Assembly (NCBI GenBank): GCA_963708025.1
Contig: CAVPSB010000014.1
Span: 160,001 to 224,000, forward strand
DNA length: 64,000 nucleotides
Source: an uncultured Candidatus Rokubacteria bacterium
Lineage (GTDB): Bacteria > Methylomirabilota > Methylomirabilia > Rokubacteriales > DASRDR01
Reading direction: 5' to 3'
Shown here: positions 31,523 to 43,109 of the stretch, piece after piece
Position numbering within the stretch: position 1 is the stretch's first letter
How the letters are laid out: every line of letters starts with the position of its first letter
The notes under the pieces: generated by a model
What the model was told of the DNA's origin: nothing
The model's database searches: none
The model's input: only the letters and a program-made list of their open reading frames with translations
Translations under genes and position numbers: made by a program

Positions 31523-33631
31523 ATGGCGACACGACGTCAAGCGCGTCCGCTGTTCGAGTCGCGCCGATCGTCGCGCCGCGCGCATGGTCGACTCGTTCCG
31601 CAAGCTCGACCCGCGCCATGCAGGTGCGCAACCCGGTGATGTTCGTCGTCGAGGTCGGCAGCGTCCTGACGACCGGCGCTGTGCGTCCAGGCGCTGGTCG
31701 GCCACGGCGAGGCGCCGGCCGGGTTCATCCTCGGCGGTCTCGGTCGTGGCTGTGGTTCACCGTGCTGTTCGCCAACTTCGCCGAGGCGATGGCCGAGGGC
31801 CGCGGCAAGGCGCAGGCCGACGCGCTGCGCAGCGCGCGCGCAGCGACGTCCAGGCCAAGAAGCTGCATCGAGCCGCGACGCGGCGGCCGACGTCACGCAC
31901 GGTCACCGTGCCGGCGTCGCTGCGCAAGGGCGACGTCGTCCTCGTCGAGGCCGGCGACGTCATCCCCGGCGACGGCGAGGTCATCGAGGGCGTCGCCTCG
32001 GTCGACGAGAGCGCGATCACCGGCGAGAGCGCGCCGGTGATCCGCGAGAGCGGCGGCGACCGCAGCGCCGTCACCGGCGGCACCCGCGTGCTCTCGGACT
32101 GGCTGATCGTCCGCATCACCGCCAACCCGGGCGAGACCTTCCTCGACCGCATGATCGCCCTGGTCGAGGGCGCCAAGCGCCAGAAGACGCCGAACGAGAT
32201 CGCGCTCAACATCCTGCTGGCGGCGCTGACGATCATCTTCCTGCTCGCCACGCGCGACGCTGCTGCCGTTCTCGCATCTACAGCGTGAGGCGGCGCGGCC
32301 AGGGCACGCCGGTCACGGTGACCGTGCTGGTCGCGCTGCTGGTCTGCCTGATCCCGACGACGATCGGCGGGCTGCTGTCGGCGATCGGCATCGCCGGCAT
32401 GGACCGCATGATCCAGGCCAACGTCATCGCCATGTCGGGCCGCGCGGTCGAGGCGGCCGGCGACGTGGACGTGCTGCTGCTCGACAAGACCGGCACGATC
32501 ACGCTGGGCAACCGCCAGGCGACCGCGTTCATCCCCGCCGCCGGGCGTCGACGAGCGGGAGCCTGGCCGACGCGGCCCAGCTCGCCTCGCTGGCCGACGA
32601 GACGCCCGAGGGGCGCAGCATCGTCGTCCTGGCCAAGGAGAAGTACGGCCTCCGCGAGCGCGACGTCCACGAGACTCGGCGCCACGTTCGTTCCCTTCAC
32701 GCGCGCAGACCCGGATGAGCGGCGTCGACCTGGACGGCCGCGCAGATCCGCAAGGGCGCCGCCGACGCCGATCGAGGCCTACGTGCGGCAGCCAGGGCGG
32801 CGACGTTCCCGGCCGACGTGCGGCACGATGGTCGAGCGGATCGCCAAGCGAGGGCGGCGACGCCCGCTGGTCGTCGCCGACGGCGCGCACGGTGCTCGGC
32901 GTCATCCAGCTCAAGGACATCGTCAAGGGCGGCATCCGGAGCGCTTCGCCGAGCTGCGCCGGATGGGCATCAAGACGGTGATGATCACCGGCGACAACCC
33001 GCTGACCGCCGCGGCCATCGCCGCCGAGGCCGGCGTCGACGACTTCCTGGCCGAGGCCACGCCCGAGGCCAAGCTGAAGCTGATCCGCGAGCTACCAGGC
33101 CGGCGGGCGGCTGGTGGCGATGACCGGCGACGGCACCAACGACGCGCCGGCGCTGGCCCAGGCCGACGTGGCGGTGGCGATGAACACCGGCACCCAGGCC
33201 GCCAAGGAAGCCGGCAACATGGTCGACCTCGACTCCAACCCGACCAAGCTGATCGAGATCGTCGAGATCGGCAAGCAGCTGCTGATGACGCGCGGCGCGC
33301 TGACGACGTTCAGCATCGCCAACGACGTCGCCAAGTACTTCGCGATCATCCCGGCGGCCTTCGCCACCACCTACCCGGCGCTCGAACGCGCTGAACGTCA
33401 TGCACCTGGCCACGCCCGCAGAGCGCGATCCTGTCGGCGGTGATCTTCAACGCGCTGATCATCATCGCGCTGATCCCGCTGGCGCTGCGCGGCGTGCGCT
33501 ACCGGCCGCTCGGCGCCGTCGGCGCTGCTGCGCCGCAACCTGCTGATCTACGGCGTCGGCGGCGCTGATCGCGCCGTTCATCGGCATCAAGCTGATCGAC
33601 CTGCTCCTGGTCGCCCTGCGGCCTGGCCTGA
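31523..33631 (+). CDS. kdpB: K+-transporting P-type ATPase subunit B (many frameshifts)
   Basis: [39 protein letters not shown]. Confidence 0.92.
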
Positions 33632-33645
33632 GCGACGCCGAAGCG

Positions 33646-34239
33646 ATGCCACGACACATGCGACCAGCTCGACCCGGCGCTCGTGATCCTGGTGCTGCTC
33701 ACGCGTCATCACCGGCGTCGTCTATCCGCTGCTGGTCACCGGCATCGCCCAGGTCGTCGTTCCCGCGCCAGGCCAACGGCAGCCTGATCGTGCGGGACGG
33801 CAAGGCGGTCGGCTCGGAGCCTGATCGGCCAGCCGTTCGCCGACCCGAAGTACTTCTGGGGCCGGCCTCTCGGCCACCGCGCCGTTCGCCGTACAACGCC
33901 GGCGCCTCGACCGGCTCGAACCTCGGGCCGCTCCAACCCGGCGCTCGACGACGCGGCGCAAGGCGCGATCGACGCGCTGCGGGCGGCCGATCCCGGCAAC
34001 ACGGCGCCGATCCCGGTCGACCTGGTCACCGCCTCCGGCAGCGGGCTCGACCCGCACATCAGCCCGGCCGCGGCGCTGCTACCAGGTGCGGCGGGTCGCG
34101 AAGGCGCGCGGGCTGGACGAGGCGGCGGTCCGCCAGCTCGTCGAGCAGCACATCGAGGGCCGCCAGCTCGGCGTGCTCGGCGAGCCGCGCGTCAACGTCC
34201 TCGCGCCTGAACCTGGCGCTCGACGGCGCCGCGGGCTGA
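33646..34239 (+). CDS. kdpC: K+-transporting ATPase subunit C (many frameshifts)
   Basis: [43 protein letters not shown]. Confidence 0.88.
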   Translation: MPRHMRPARPGARDPGAAHASSPASSIRCWSPASPRSSFPRQANGSLIVRDGKAVGSEPDRPAVRRPEVLLGPASRPPRRSPYNAGASTGSNLGPLQPGARRRGARRDRRAAGGRSRQHGADPGRPGHRLRQRARPAHQPGRGAATRCGGSRRRAGWTRRRSASSSSSTSRAASSACSASRASTSSRLNLALDGAAG

Positions 34240-34369
34240 CCGCGCGCGAGAGGAGCCCGAGCATGGCCCGCCCCGGCCGTAGGCACGGGACGGCCGGGTC
34301 CCCACGCCGAGCGGGGGCCGGCCCGGACGGGCGAGGCCCGGCGGGCCGAGCCCGGCCGGAGGGCGCAGC

Positions 34370-36216
34370 GTGAATCCCTTCAGCCTCTGCAGTACGCCCT
34401 GTTCCTCGGCCTCGTGCTCCTGCTCGTCCGGCCGGTCGGCCGGTACCTGGAGCGCGTCTTCGCCGGCGAGCGGACGTTCCTCGATCCCGTGATGCGTCCG
34501 CTCGAGCGGGCGATCTATCGGTGGGCCGGCGTCGATCCGCGCGAGGAGATGGACTGGAAGCGATACGCCACCGCGTTCCTGCTGTTCAGCCTCGCCGGGA
34601 CGCTGCTCCTCTACGTGATCCTGCGCCTCCAGCCCGTCCTCCACACCTTCGACCCGGCGTTCCGGCCCGACCCGGTGGCGCCCGACCTGGCGATGAACAC
34701 GGCCATCAGCTTCGCGACCACGACCACGTGGCAGGCCTACGGCGGCGAGACCACCATGAGCTACTTCAGCCAGATCGTGGGACTGGCGGCCCAGAACTTC
34801 CTGGCCGGCGCGGCGGGGCTGGCCGTCGGGATCGCGTTCATCCGCGGGCTGGCCCGCGAGCGACGACGGCCGCTGGGCAACTTCTGGGTGGACCTGGTGC
34901 GGGCGATCCTGTGGGTGCTGCTGCCGCTCTGCGTCGTGGGCAGCCTGGTGCTCGTCTGGCAGGGGGTGCCGCTCAACTTCAACCCCTACCAGGCGGTGCC
35001 GCTGCTCCAGTCGACGAAGGCCGCGGACGGGCGGCCGTCACGACGCAGGTCCTGCCCAGGGGCCGGTCGCGGCGCTCGAGTTCATCAAGAACCTGGGCAC
35101 CAACGGCGGCGGCTTCTTCAATGCGAACGGCGCGCACCCCTACGAGAACCCGACGCCGCTGACGAACTTGCTCGAGATGCTGGCCATCGTGGTGCTGCCG
35201 GCCGCGCTGACCCACACCTTCGGGCGGATGGTCGGGCGCCCGCGCCAGGGCTGGCTGCTGTTCGGGGTCATGGTCGTGCTCTTCGTGGCGGGCCTCGTCG
35301 CGTGTGAGTGGGCCGAGCAGCGCGGGAACCCGCATCTGGCCGGGCTCGGCGTGGACATCGTGGCCAGCGATGCCCAGCCGGGCGGCAACATGGAGGGCAA
35401 GGAGACACGGTTCGGCATCGGGGGCTCGGTGCTGGCGGCGGTCACCACCTCGAACGGCGCGACAGGCTCGTACAACTCGATGCACGACAGCTATACGCCG
35501 CTCGGCGGAGCGGTGCCGCTCGTCAACATGCTGCTGGGCGAGATCGTCTTCGGCGGGCTCGGCACCGGCCTGTACAGCATGATCATGATGGCCCTGATCG
35601 GGGTCTTCGTGGCCGGGCTCATGGTCGGGCGGACCCCGGAGTACCTGGGCAAGCAGATCACCATTCCGGAGATGAAGCTGATCGCGCTGTACACGATCGT
35701 GGCGCCCTTGGTGATCCTGCCGCTCACCGCGCTGGCGGTGGTGACGGACTGGGACTGGGCACGCTCTACCGGCCGGCGCGGCGTTCGACGATCTCGAACC
35801 CCGGCGCGCACGGCTTCACCGAGATGCTCTTCGCGTACGCGAGCTGCTTTGCCAACAACGGCCAGAACTTCGCCGGCCTCGGCGCCAACACCCCGTTCTA
35901 CAACGTCACCATCGCGCTGGCGATGATCGCCGGGCGCTTCGGCCTGGCGATCCCGGCGCTCGCGCTGGCCGGGCGCTTCGCGCAGCAGCAGCGCCGGCCC
36001 CCCGGGCACGGGACGCTGCCGACGGAGACGCCGCTGTTCGGCGCCCTGGTCATCGGCACGATCCTGATCGTCGGCGCCTTGAGCTACTTCCCGGCCCTCG
36101 CCCTGGGGCCGATCGTCGAGCATCTGCTGCTTGATCCCGGGACCATGATTCGGATCCACGCCGGACGGGGTCCCGACCGGATGGCAGGTGGCCGTGATCC
36201 AGGCGGGTGGAGGTGA
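34370..36216 (+). CDS. kdpA: Second, divergent KdpA paralogue (a few frameshifts)
   Basis: [70 protein letters not shown]. Confidence 0.88.
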
Positions 36217-36221
36217 GCGGG

Positions 36222-37196
36222 ATGCTGACGATCTTCACGAACCCGGCCTACGACTTCATCGGGAAGCGGCGCTGGGCCTACGCGGTCTCCATCGCCGTCA
36301 TGCTCCTCGGACTCGGCTCGATGCTCGTCAAGGGCGGACTGCTGTACGACATCGACTTCACCGGCGGGACGCTGGTGGAGGTGCGGCTGGCACAGCCGGC
36401 GCCGATCGCGACGGTCCGCTCGCGCCTGGCCACGGTCGGACTCGGCGAGAGCATCCTCCAGGTCTTCGATGATCCGCGGGATGTCCTGATCCGGACCCAC
36501 TCCACCTCGACGAGCCCGACGGAGCTGAGTCGACGGATCGTCGAGGCGCTGGATCCGGACGGGACGAGCCCCACCGAGGTCCGGCGCGTGGAGTTCATCG
36601 GGCCCCAGATCGGCGGCGAGCTGCGCTGGCAGGCGGCGTACGCCGTCCTCGCCGCGCTCGGCGGGATTCTCCTCTACGTCTGGCTGCGCTTCGACTTCCG
36701 GGGTGGGGTGGTGACGATCATCAGCCTGGCGCACGACGTGTTCATCTGCCTGGGGGCGCTCTCCCTGACGAACCGGGAGTTCTCCCTGTCGGTGCTGGCC
36801 GCCCTCCTGACCGTGATCGGATTCTCCGTCAACGACCGGATCGTGATGTACGACCGGCTGCGGGAGATCCGGTCCCGGACGACGCAGGCGAAGGTCCCGT
36901 TCGCCCAGCAGGTGAACCTCGCGGTGAATCAGACGCTGTCCCGAACGGTGCTGACGGTCGCGACCATCGTCCTCTCGGCCGGAATGCTCTTCGTGTTCGG
37001 CGGCCGGGCTCTCGAGAGCTTCGGCTTCGTGATCCTGGTGGGAGCGGTGACGGGCGTCACGTCCACGGTCTACGTGGCGGGGGCCCTGGACGTGGACTGG
37101 TCGGCCTGGGCCGACCGCCTCCGGGCGCAGCGTCCCGGAGCCGGAGGGTCCGGCCGCCCGCGCCGGGCCGCGGCCAGGCCCCGGGCCTCCTCGTGA
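36222..37196 (+). CDS. secF: SecF-family membrane protein with no adjacent SecD
   Basis: YDFIGKRR, IDFTGGT, IGPQIGGEL, LAHDV, GFSVNDRIVMYDRLRE, NQTLSRT. Confidence 0.88.
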   Translation: MLTIFTNPAYDFIGKRRWAYAVSIAVMLLGLGSMLVKGGLLYDIDFTGGTLVEVRLAQPAPIATVRSRLATVGLGESILQVFDDPRDVLIRTHSTSTSPTELSRRIVEALDPDGTSPTEVRRVEFIGPQIGGELRWQAAYAVLAALGGILLYVWLRFDFRGGVVTIISLAHDVFICLGALSLTNREFSLSVLAALLTVIGFSVNDRIVMYDRLREIRSRTTQAKVPFAQQVNLAVNQTLSRTVLTVATIVLSAGMLFVFGGRALESFGFVILVGAVTGVTSTVYVAGALDVDWSAWADRLRAQRPGAGGSGRPRRAAARPRASS

Positions 37197-38317
37197 GCCC
37201 GGCGAGCGGTCTCTTCCTGGGCGTCGGCCCGGTCCTGGGCGTCCCGCTTCGCGTGCACGCGAGCTGGTTCGTCACCGTGCCGCTCCTCGCCGCGGTCCTC
37301 GCGACCGGATCGTTTCCCCGGCACCTGCCCGCCAGCCCGCCGGCGGTGCACTGGGTCTACGGGCTGATCGGAGCACTCCTCCTCTTCGCGTCGGTGCTGC
37401 TGCACGAGCTCTCCCACGCGCTGATGGCGCGGCGGCGGGGGCTGCCCGTGGCCCGGATCACGCTGCACGGCCTGGGCGGGGTGGCGGAGCTCGAGCGCGA
37501 GCCCGCGTCGCCGCCGGACGAGCTCTGGATCACGATCGCCGGTCCCATGACGAGCTACGCGCTGGCGCTGGCCGGCGGGGTCGCCTTGCTCGTGCCCGGG
37601 GCACCGCCCGGCGTGACGTCGGTGCTCGGCCACTTCGTGGTCATGAACCTCACGGTGGGCACCTTCAACCTGGTGCCGGGCTTTCCGCTCGACGGCGGCC
37701 GGCTGCTGCGCGCGGCGCTGTGGGCGTGGCACGGCGACCACGACCGGGCCACCCGGTCGGCGAGCCGGGTCGGTGCGGTCGTGGCCATGGCGCTGGTCGG
37801 GCTGGGCATCGTGTCGACGGCGCGCACCGGCGCGATCGCCGGACTCTGGCTCGTCGCGGTCGGGCTCTACCTCCGGCGAGCCGCGGGCGCCGCCGGGGTC
37901 CGGCTGGCCGTCCAGCGGGCGCTCGAGCCCATTCCGGTCCGTGTCGCGATGACCTTCGAGAGCGCCGCCGTGCCGGCCGACACCACCGTCGACGAGCTGG
38001 TCCGCGATCACTTCTCGCCCGAGGGCACCGGCTCCGCCGTCCTCGGTGCCGGCGGCGCCGTCGTCGGCATCGTGACCTACCGCGAGGTGGGGGCGGTGCC
38101 CGAGGAGGAGCGGTCGACCACCACCGTGTCCGACGTCATGGTGGGCCTCGCGGATGACCTGACGACGGCGCCGGCCGCCTCCTGCTGGGACGCCTTTTGC
38201 CGGCTGCAGCGCGTGGCCGGCGGCCGCCTCCTGGTGCTCGAGGACGGGCGCCTGGTCGGGACGCTCGGTCTCGACGACCTGGCCCCGCTGCTGGCGTGGT
38301 CGCGCCGGCGGCCGTGA
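37193..38317 (+). CDS. Site-2 protease (peptidase M50) with CBS pair
   Basis: HELSH, AGP, FNLVPGFPLDGG and C-terminal CBS-like repeats. Confidence 0.9.
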   Translation: MSPASGLFLGVGPVLGVPLRVHASWFVTVPLLAAVLATGSFPRHLPASPPAVHWVYGLIGALLLFASVLLHELSHALMARRRGLPVARITLHGLGGVAELEREPASPPDELWITIAGPMTSYALALAGGVALLVPGAPPGVTSVLGHFVVMNLTVGTFNLVPGFPLDGGRLLRAALWAWHGDHDRATRSASRVGAVVAMALVGLGIVSTARTGAIAGLWLVAVGLYLRRAAGAAGVRLAVQRALEPIPVRVAMTFESAAVPADTTVDELVRDHFSPEGTGSAVLGAGGAVVGIVTYREVGAVPEEERSTTTVSDVMVGLADDLTTAPAASCWDAFCRLQRVAGGRLLVLEDGRLVGTLGLDDLAPLLAWSRRRP

Positions 38318-38496
38318 CCGCCCGCGCCAGGACGCGCCTGGGCGGCGCGGTCTGGCTCCGGACGGCTTCGCGTACAATGCACCCGGGCACCGAGTCCCGT
38401 GCTGGCTCACGTGATCCCGGAAGGGCGGCGGTCCGGCCGCCGCGCCGAGGAGGGCCCGATGTCGACAGACCCTGACCGCGCGCCGGGAGGTGGCCG

Positions 38497-39330
38497 GTGA
38501 TCCGCCGGCTCCTGGTCGCCATGGACGGCACGGCTCACGCCGACGCCGCTGCCGCGCTCGCGATCGACTGGGGGCGCCGCTTCGGCCCCGAGCTCGTCGG
38601 CCTGGGTGTCTTCGACGAGCTCTCGATCTCCCCCCGGGAGGCCGTCCCGCTGGGCGGGACCGCGTACAAGCGCCATCGCGACGAGGTGCGCCGCGCCGAG
38701 GCCCACGAGCGCATCACGCAGTTCCTCGCGGAGTTCGGGCGACGCTGCGTCGAGGCGGGCGTCCGGTGTGGGGTCGTGGAGGAGATCGGTCGACCGGACG
38801 AGCAGATCGTCCGGGAAGCGGAGAGCTGTGACGCCGTCGTGCTGGGCCGGGAGGCCAACTTCCAGTTCGAGAAGCCGGACCGGCCCGACCCGACGCTGAG
38901 CCACCTCCTCCGCCAGAGCCCGCGTCCCGTCGTGGTCGTCCCGCGCGAGCCGGTGACCGGTGGGGGCATGCTCGTCGCCTACGGCGCAGGCCGCGAGGTC
39001 ATGCGGACGCTCCAGACCTTCGTGCTCCTCGGGCTGGCGGGCGACGAGATCGTCGACCTGCTCGCGATCCACCCCGAGTACGCGGAGGCCGAGCGGCGCC
39101 TCCGGGGCCCGGCGCGGTTCCTGGCCGGGCACGGCGTGCGGAGCCGCCTGCAGCCGCTGGCCTCCGACCAGGCGCCCGCCGAGGTGATCCTCCAGGAAGT
39201 CCGGCGCCTGCGGTCGGGCCTCCTCGTCATGGGGGCCCACGGCCACCATCCGCTCCGCGACCTCTTCTTCACCTCGGTGACGCGGGCGGTCCTGAAGGAG
39301 GCGCCGGTGCCGGTGTTCGTGGGGGCGTGA
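38497..39330 (+). CDS. Tandem-domain universal stress protein
   Basis: IRRLLVAMDG; LLVMGAHG...SVTRAVLKEAPVPV. Confidence 0.88.
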   Translation: MIRRLLVAMDGTAHADAAAALAIDWGRRFGPELVGLGVFDELSISPREAVPLGGTAYKRHRDEVRRAEAHERITQFLAEFGRRCVEAGVRCGVVEEIGRPDEQIVREAESCDAVVLGREANFQFEKPDRPDPTLSHLLRQSPRPVVVVPREPVTGGGMLVAYGAGREVMRTLQTFVLLGLAGDEIVDLLAIHPEYAEAERRLRGPARFLAGHGVRSRLQPLASDQAPAEVILQEVRRLRSGLLVMGAHGHHPLRDLFFTSVTRAVLKEAPVPVFVGA

Positions 39331-39352
39331 GGCGGCCGGAGGGCCTCCGCCG

Positions 39353-41408
39353 GTGATCGAGCACCGACCCGACCCGGACGCGCTGCTGGAGCGGGTGCGC
39401 CAGGAGGAGGCCCGGCGCGCCCGCGGCCGGCTCAAGGTGTTCTTCGGCGCCGCCGCCGGGGTGGGGAAGACCTACGCCATGCTCGTGGAGGCCCGGGAGC
39501 GGCGGGCCGCCGGCGTCGACGTGCTGGTCGGGTACGTCGAGCCCCACGCCCGGCCGGAGACCCAGGCGCTGCTCGACGGGCTCGAGCAGCTGCCGCCCCG
39601 GACGGTGGAGCACCGGGGTGCGCGGCTCCAGGAATTCGACCTGGACGCGGCCCTCGCCCGACGCCCCGCCGCTGGTCCTGGTCGACGAGCTGGCGCACAC
39701 CAACGCCCCCGGCGCTCGCCACGCCAAGCGCTGGCAGGACGTGCTCGAGCTGCTGAAGGCGGGCATCGACGTCTACACGACCTGCAACGTGCAGCACATC
39801 GAGAGCCTGAACGACGTGGTCGCCAAGATCACCGGCGTCCAGGTGCGGGAGACCGTGCCGGACTCGGTCCTGGAGGAGGCGGACGAGGTCGAGCTGGTCG
39901 ACCTCCCGCCCGACGACCTGCTCCAGCGCCTGCGGGAGGGCAAGATCTACCTCCCCGAGCAGGCGGAGCGGGCGGTCGAGAAGTTCTTCCGCAAGGGGAA
40001 CCTGATCGCGCTCCGCGAGCTGGCCCTGCGGACCACCGCCGCCCGCGTGGACGCCCAGATGGACGTCTACCGCCGGGACCACGCCATCCCGACGCCGTGG
40101 CCGGTGACCGAGCGCATCCTGGTCTGCGTCAGCCCCAGCCCGTCCGCCGCCCGCGTGGTGCGGGCCGCTCGCCGGATGGCGGCCGGGCTGCGGGCCGAGT
40201 GGGTCGTGGCCTACGTGGAGACGCCGGCGCAGGCGCGCCTTCCCCAGGCCGAGCGCGACCGCGCGACACAGCACCTCCGGCTCGCGGAGCAGCTCGGGGC
40301 GGAGACGGTCACGCTCACCGGCCACAGCGTGGCCGACGAGGTCGTCGCCCACGCCCGGCAGAAGAACGTCAGCAAGATCGTGATCGGCAAGCCCGCCGGG
40401 TCCCGGTGGCGGGAGGTCCTTTTCGGCTCGGTGGTCAACGACCTGGTCCGGAAGAGCGGCGACATCGACGTCTACCTGATCACCGGAGAGCAGGAAGCGC
40501 CGCGCGCGGCCACCCCGCAGCCCCGTCCCGAGCGGATCGACTGGCGAGCGTACGGCCTGGCGCTCGGGGTCGTGGCCCTCTGTACCGGCGTGAGCGCGGT
40601 CGTCTTCCCGTACCTCGAGCTCGTCAATCTGGTCATGGTCTATCTGCTCGGCGTGGTGCTGGTCGCCACCCGGTCGGGGCGCGGCCCATCGATCCTGGCG
40701 TCGATCCTCAGCGTGGGCGCCTTCGACTTCTTCTTCGTGCCGCCCTATCTCAGCTTCGCGGTGTCCGACACCCAGTACCTCGTGACCTTCGCCGTCATGC
40801 TCCTGGTCGCCGCGGTCATCAGCACGCTGACGGTCCGGGTTCGCCAGCGGGCGGAGTCGGCCCGCGAGCGCGAGCGCCGGACGGCCGCGCTCTACGCGAT
40901 CAGCCGCGAGTTCGCCGGAACGCGCGGGGTGGACGAGCTGGTGCGGGTGGCGGTCCGTCACGTCGGCGACGTCTTCTCGAGCGAGGTGGGAGTCCTCCTG
41001 CCCGACGCCGCCGGCCGTCTGGCTCCCCGGGCGGTCGCGCAGTCGATGGCGGAGGCGGATTCGAGCGAGCGCGGGGTGAGCCAGTGGGTCTACGAGCACG
41101 GCCAGATGGCCGGTCTCGGGAGCGACACCCTGCCGGGCGCCCGGGCGCTCTACCTGCCCCTGGTGGCTTCCCGGGGCACGATCGGGGTCCTGGGGGTGCA
41201 GCCCGCGAGCCCGCAGGCTCTGGCGGCGCCCGAACAGCTCCACCTGCTCGAGACCTTCGCCGCCCAGACCGCCCTGGCGATCGAGCGGGCCATCCTGGCG
41301 GAGGCGGCGCAGCAGGCGCAGCTCCGCGCGGAGTCGGAGCGACTCCGGAGCGCGCTCGGTGCGGGCTCACACGAGAAGCCACCGGAGGTCCGGCTCGACG
41401 CGGGTTAG
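39353..41408 (+). CDS. kdpD: KdpD sensor lacking the HisKA/HATPase kinase core (frameshift near 39668)
   Basis: RPDPDALL, GAAAGVGKTYAML, DELAHTN, USP, four-TM DUF4118 and GAF. Ends ESERLRSAL-GAGSHEKPPEVRLDAG* with no SHDLRTPL H-box. Confidence 0.85.
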
Positions 41409-41653
41409 CCGGCGGGCAGCGTTCCGCGAGGAGGGATCCATGAGTCGAGAAGACCCGATCGAGTGTGGCTGGCCGTCGCCGGGCTGGGCGCCGTCGCGCT
41501 CGGAGTCGCGCTGATCCTGCTCCGAGCGGTCACGTCGGCGTCGAACCTGGCCTTCGTGTTCCTGGCGTTCCCCCACGTCGGGATCTCTTCTTCACGTCGG
41601 TCACGCGCGCGGTGCTGAAGGAGGCGCCGGTGCCGGTGATGGTCGGCGCCTGA
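41374..41653 (+). pseudogene. Mosaic remnant: kdpD tail plus 5' end of the DUF4118 gene fused to the 3' end of a USP gene
   Basis: 41374-41570 aligns with 43248-43445, and 41579-41653 aligns with 39256-39330. Confidence 0.8.
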
Positions 41654-41745
41654 ACGACGGATCCGGGACCAGCTGACCGAGGAGAGTTAGCGGCGGTCAC
41701 GTCGGAGGTCCATCTCAACCTGTACAATACGGGCGAGGCCCAGGA

Positions 41746-43089
41746 ATGGACGAAGCCGCCAGCCTGCGCGAAGCGATGGAGAGCCTGGTCAAGGGGACCG
41801 CCGATCCCCGCGACCAGGCCCGGCTCGAGGAGTCGCATCCAGCCGACGTCGCCGCTGCCCTGCGTCAGCTCCCGCTGGCCGATCAGATCGCGGTCGTCCG
41901 CATGCTCTCGCAGGAGCGCGCCGGCGAGGTCCTCTCCGAGCTGGACGACGACGCCCTCCTGGAGCTGGTGCGCGCGCTCGACGAGGTCGAGGTCTCGCGC
42001 ATCCTCGACAAGATGCCGCCCGAGCACGCCGCCGACGTCGTGGACGAGCTGCCCACCGAGCAGGCCGAAAAGATCCTCGACCTCATGCGGGAGGAGAAGT
42101 CCGAAGAGGTCCAGGAGATCCTCGAGTACCCGGAGCACTCCGCGGGCCGCCTCATGTCACCCGACTTCGTCGCCGTGAACGAGCGGGCGACGGTGGAACA
42201 GGCGATCGAGCACATCCGCAAGTCGGTCTCGGAGGAGCGCGCCTTCGAGCTGTACGTGGTAGACGATCACCGCCATCTGGTCGGCGTCGTCCCCCTGCGG
42301 CGGCTCCTCATCGCCAACCCGAGCAGCCCGGTCTTCGCGGTGCGCGAAGCGAACGTGGTGAGCGTCACGCCCGAGATGGACCAGGAAGAGGTGGCGAGGC
42401 TGGTGGCGAAGTACGACCTCGTAGCCGTCCCGGTGGTCGACCGCCGGCATCACCTCGTGGGCACGATCACCGTCGACGACGTCATCGACATCGTCGGCGA
42501 GGAGGCCTCGGAGGACATCTTCCGGATCGCCGGCTCCGACGCCGCCGAGCTGGAGCGGCGCTCCCCGCGGCAGATCGCCCTCATGCGCCTGCCCTGGGTG
42601 CTGGCCACCCTCTTCATCGAGCTGTGCGCCGGGGTGGTGATCCACTATTTCGACGAGACCCTGAGCCGCGTGATCCTCCTGGCCTCCTTCATGCCGGTCA
42701 TCCAGGCGATCTCCGGGAACACGGGACTGCAGTCGGTGACGATGGTCGTCCGGGGTCTCGCGACCGGCCAGGTGCAGCTGGCGCGCTGGTGGGAGGCCCT
42801 GCGGCGGCAGATCCAGACGTCGAGCATCCTCGGCGGAGTGTGTGGCATCCTGGTCGGGATCATCGGCCTCCTCTGGCACTCGCCGGCCTTCGGGCTCGTC
42901 GTCGCCGTGTCCATGTTCATCTCCGTCAACCTCTCCGGCGTGGCCGGTACGGCCATTCCGATGCTCTCCAAGCGGCTCGGCTTCGACCCCGCCCTCACCG
43001 CCGGTCCCTTCGAGACGGCGTTCCAGGACGTGCTGGGGATCACGATCTTCCTCTCGCTCGCCACCGCGCTCCTGCACTGGCTGACGTGA
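41746..43089 (+). CDS. mgtE: Magnesium transporter MgtE
   Basis: N domain, SAGRLM and CBS pair, GNTGLQS, DPALTAGPF...D. Confidence 0.93.
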   Translation: MDEAASLREAMESLVKGTADPRDQARLEESHPADVAAALRQLPLADQIAVVRMLSQERAGEVLSELDDDALLELVRALDEVEVSRILDKMPPEHAADVVDELPTEQAEKILDLMREEKSEEVQEILEYPEHSAGRLMSPDFVAVNERATVEQAIEHIRKSVSEERAFELYVVDDHRHLVGVVPLRRLLIANPSSPVFAVREANVVSVTPEMDQEEVARLVAKYDLVAVPVVDRRHHLVGTITVDDVIDIVGEEASEDIFRIAGSDAAELERRSPRQIALMRLPWVLATLFIELCAGVVIHYFDETLSRVILLASFMPVIQAISGNTGLQSVTMVVRGLATGQVQLARWWEALRRQIQTSSILGGVCGILVGIIGLLWHSPAFGLVVAVSMFISVNLSGVAGTAIPMLSKRLGFDPALTAGPFETAFQDVLGITIFLSLATALLHWLT

Positions 43090-43109
43090 GAGCGTGTGAA
43101 GGAATGGCG

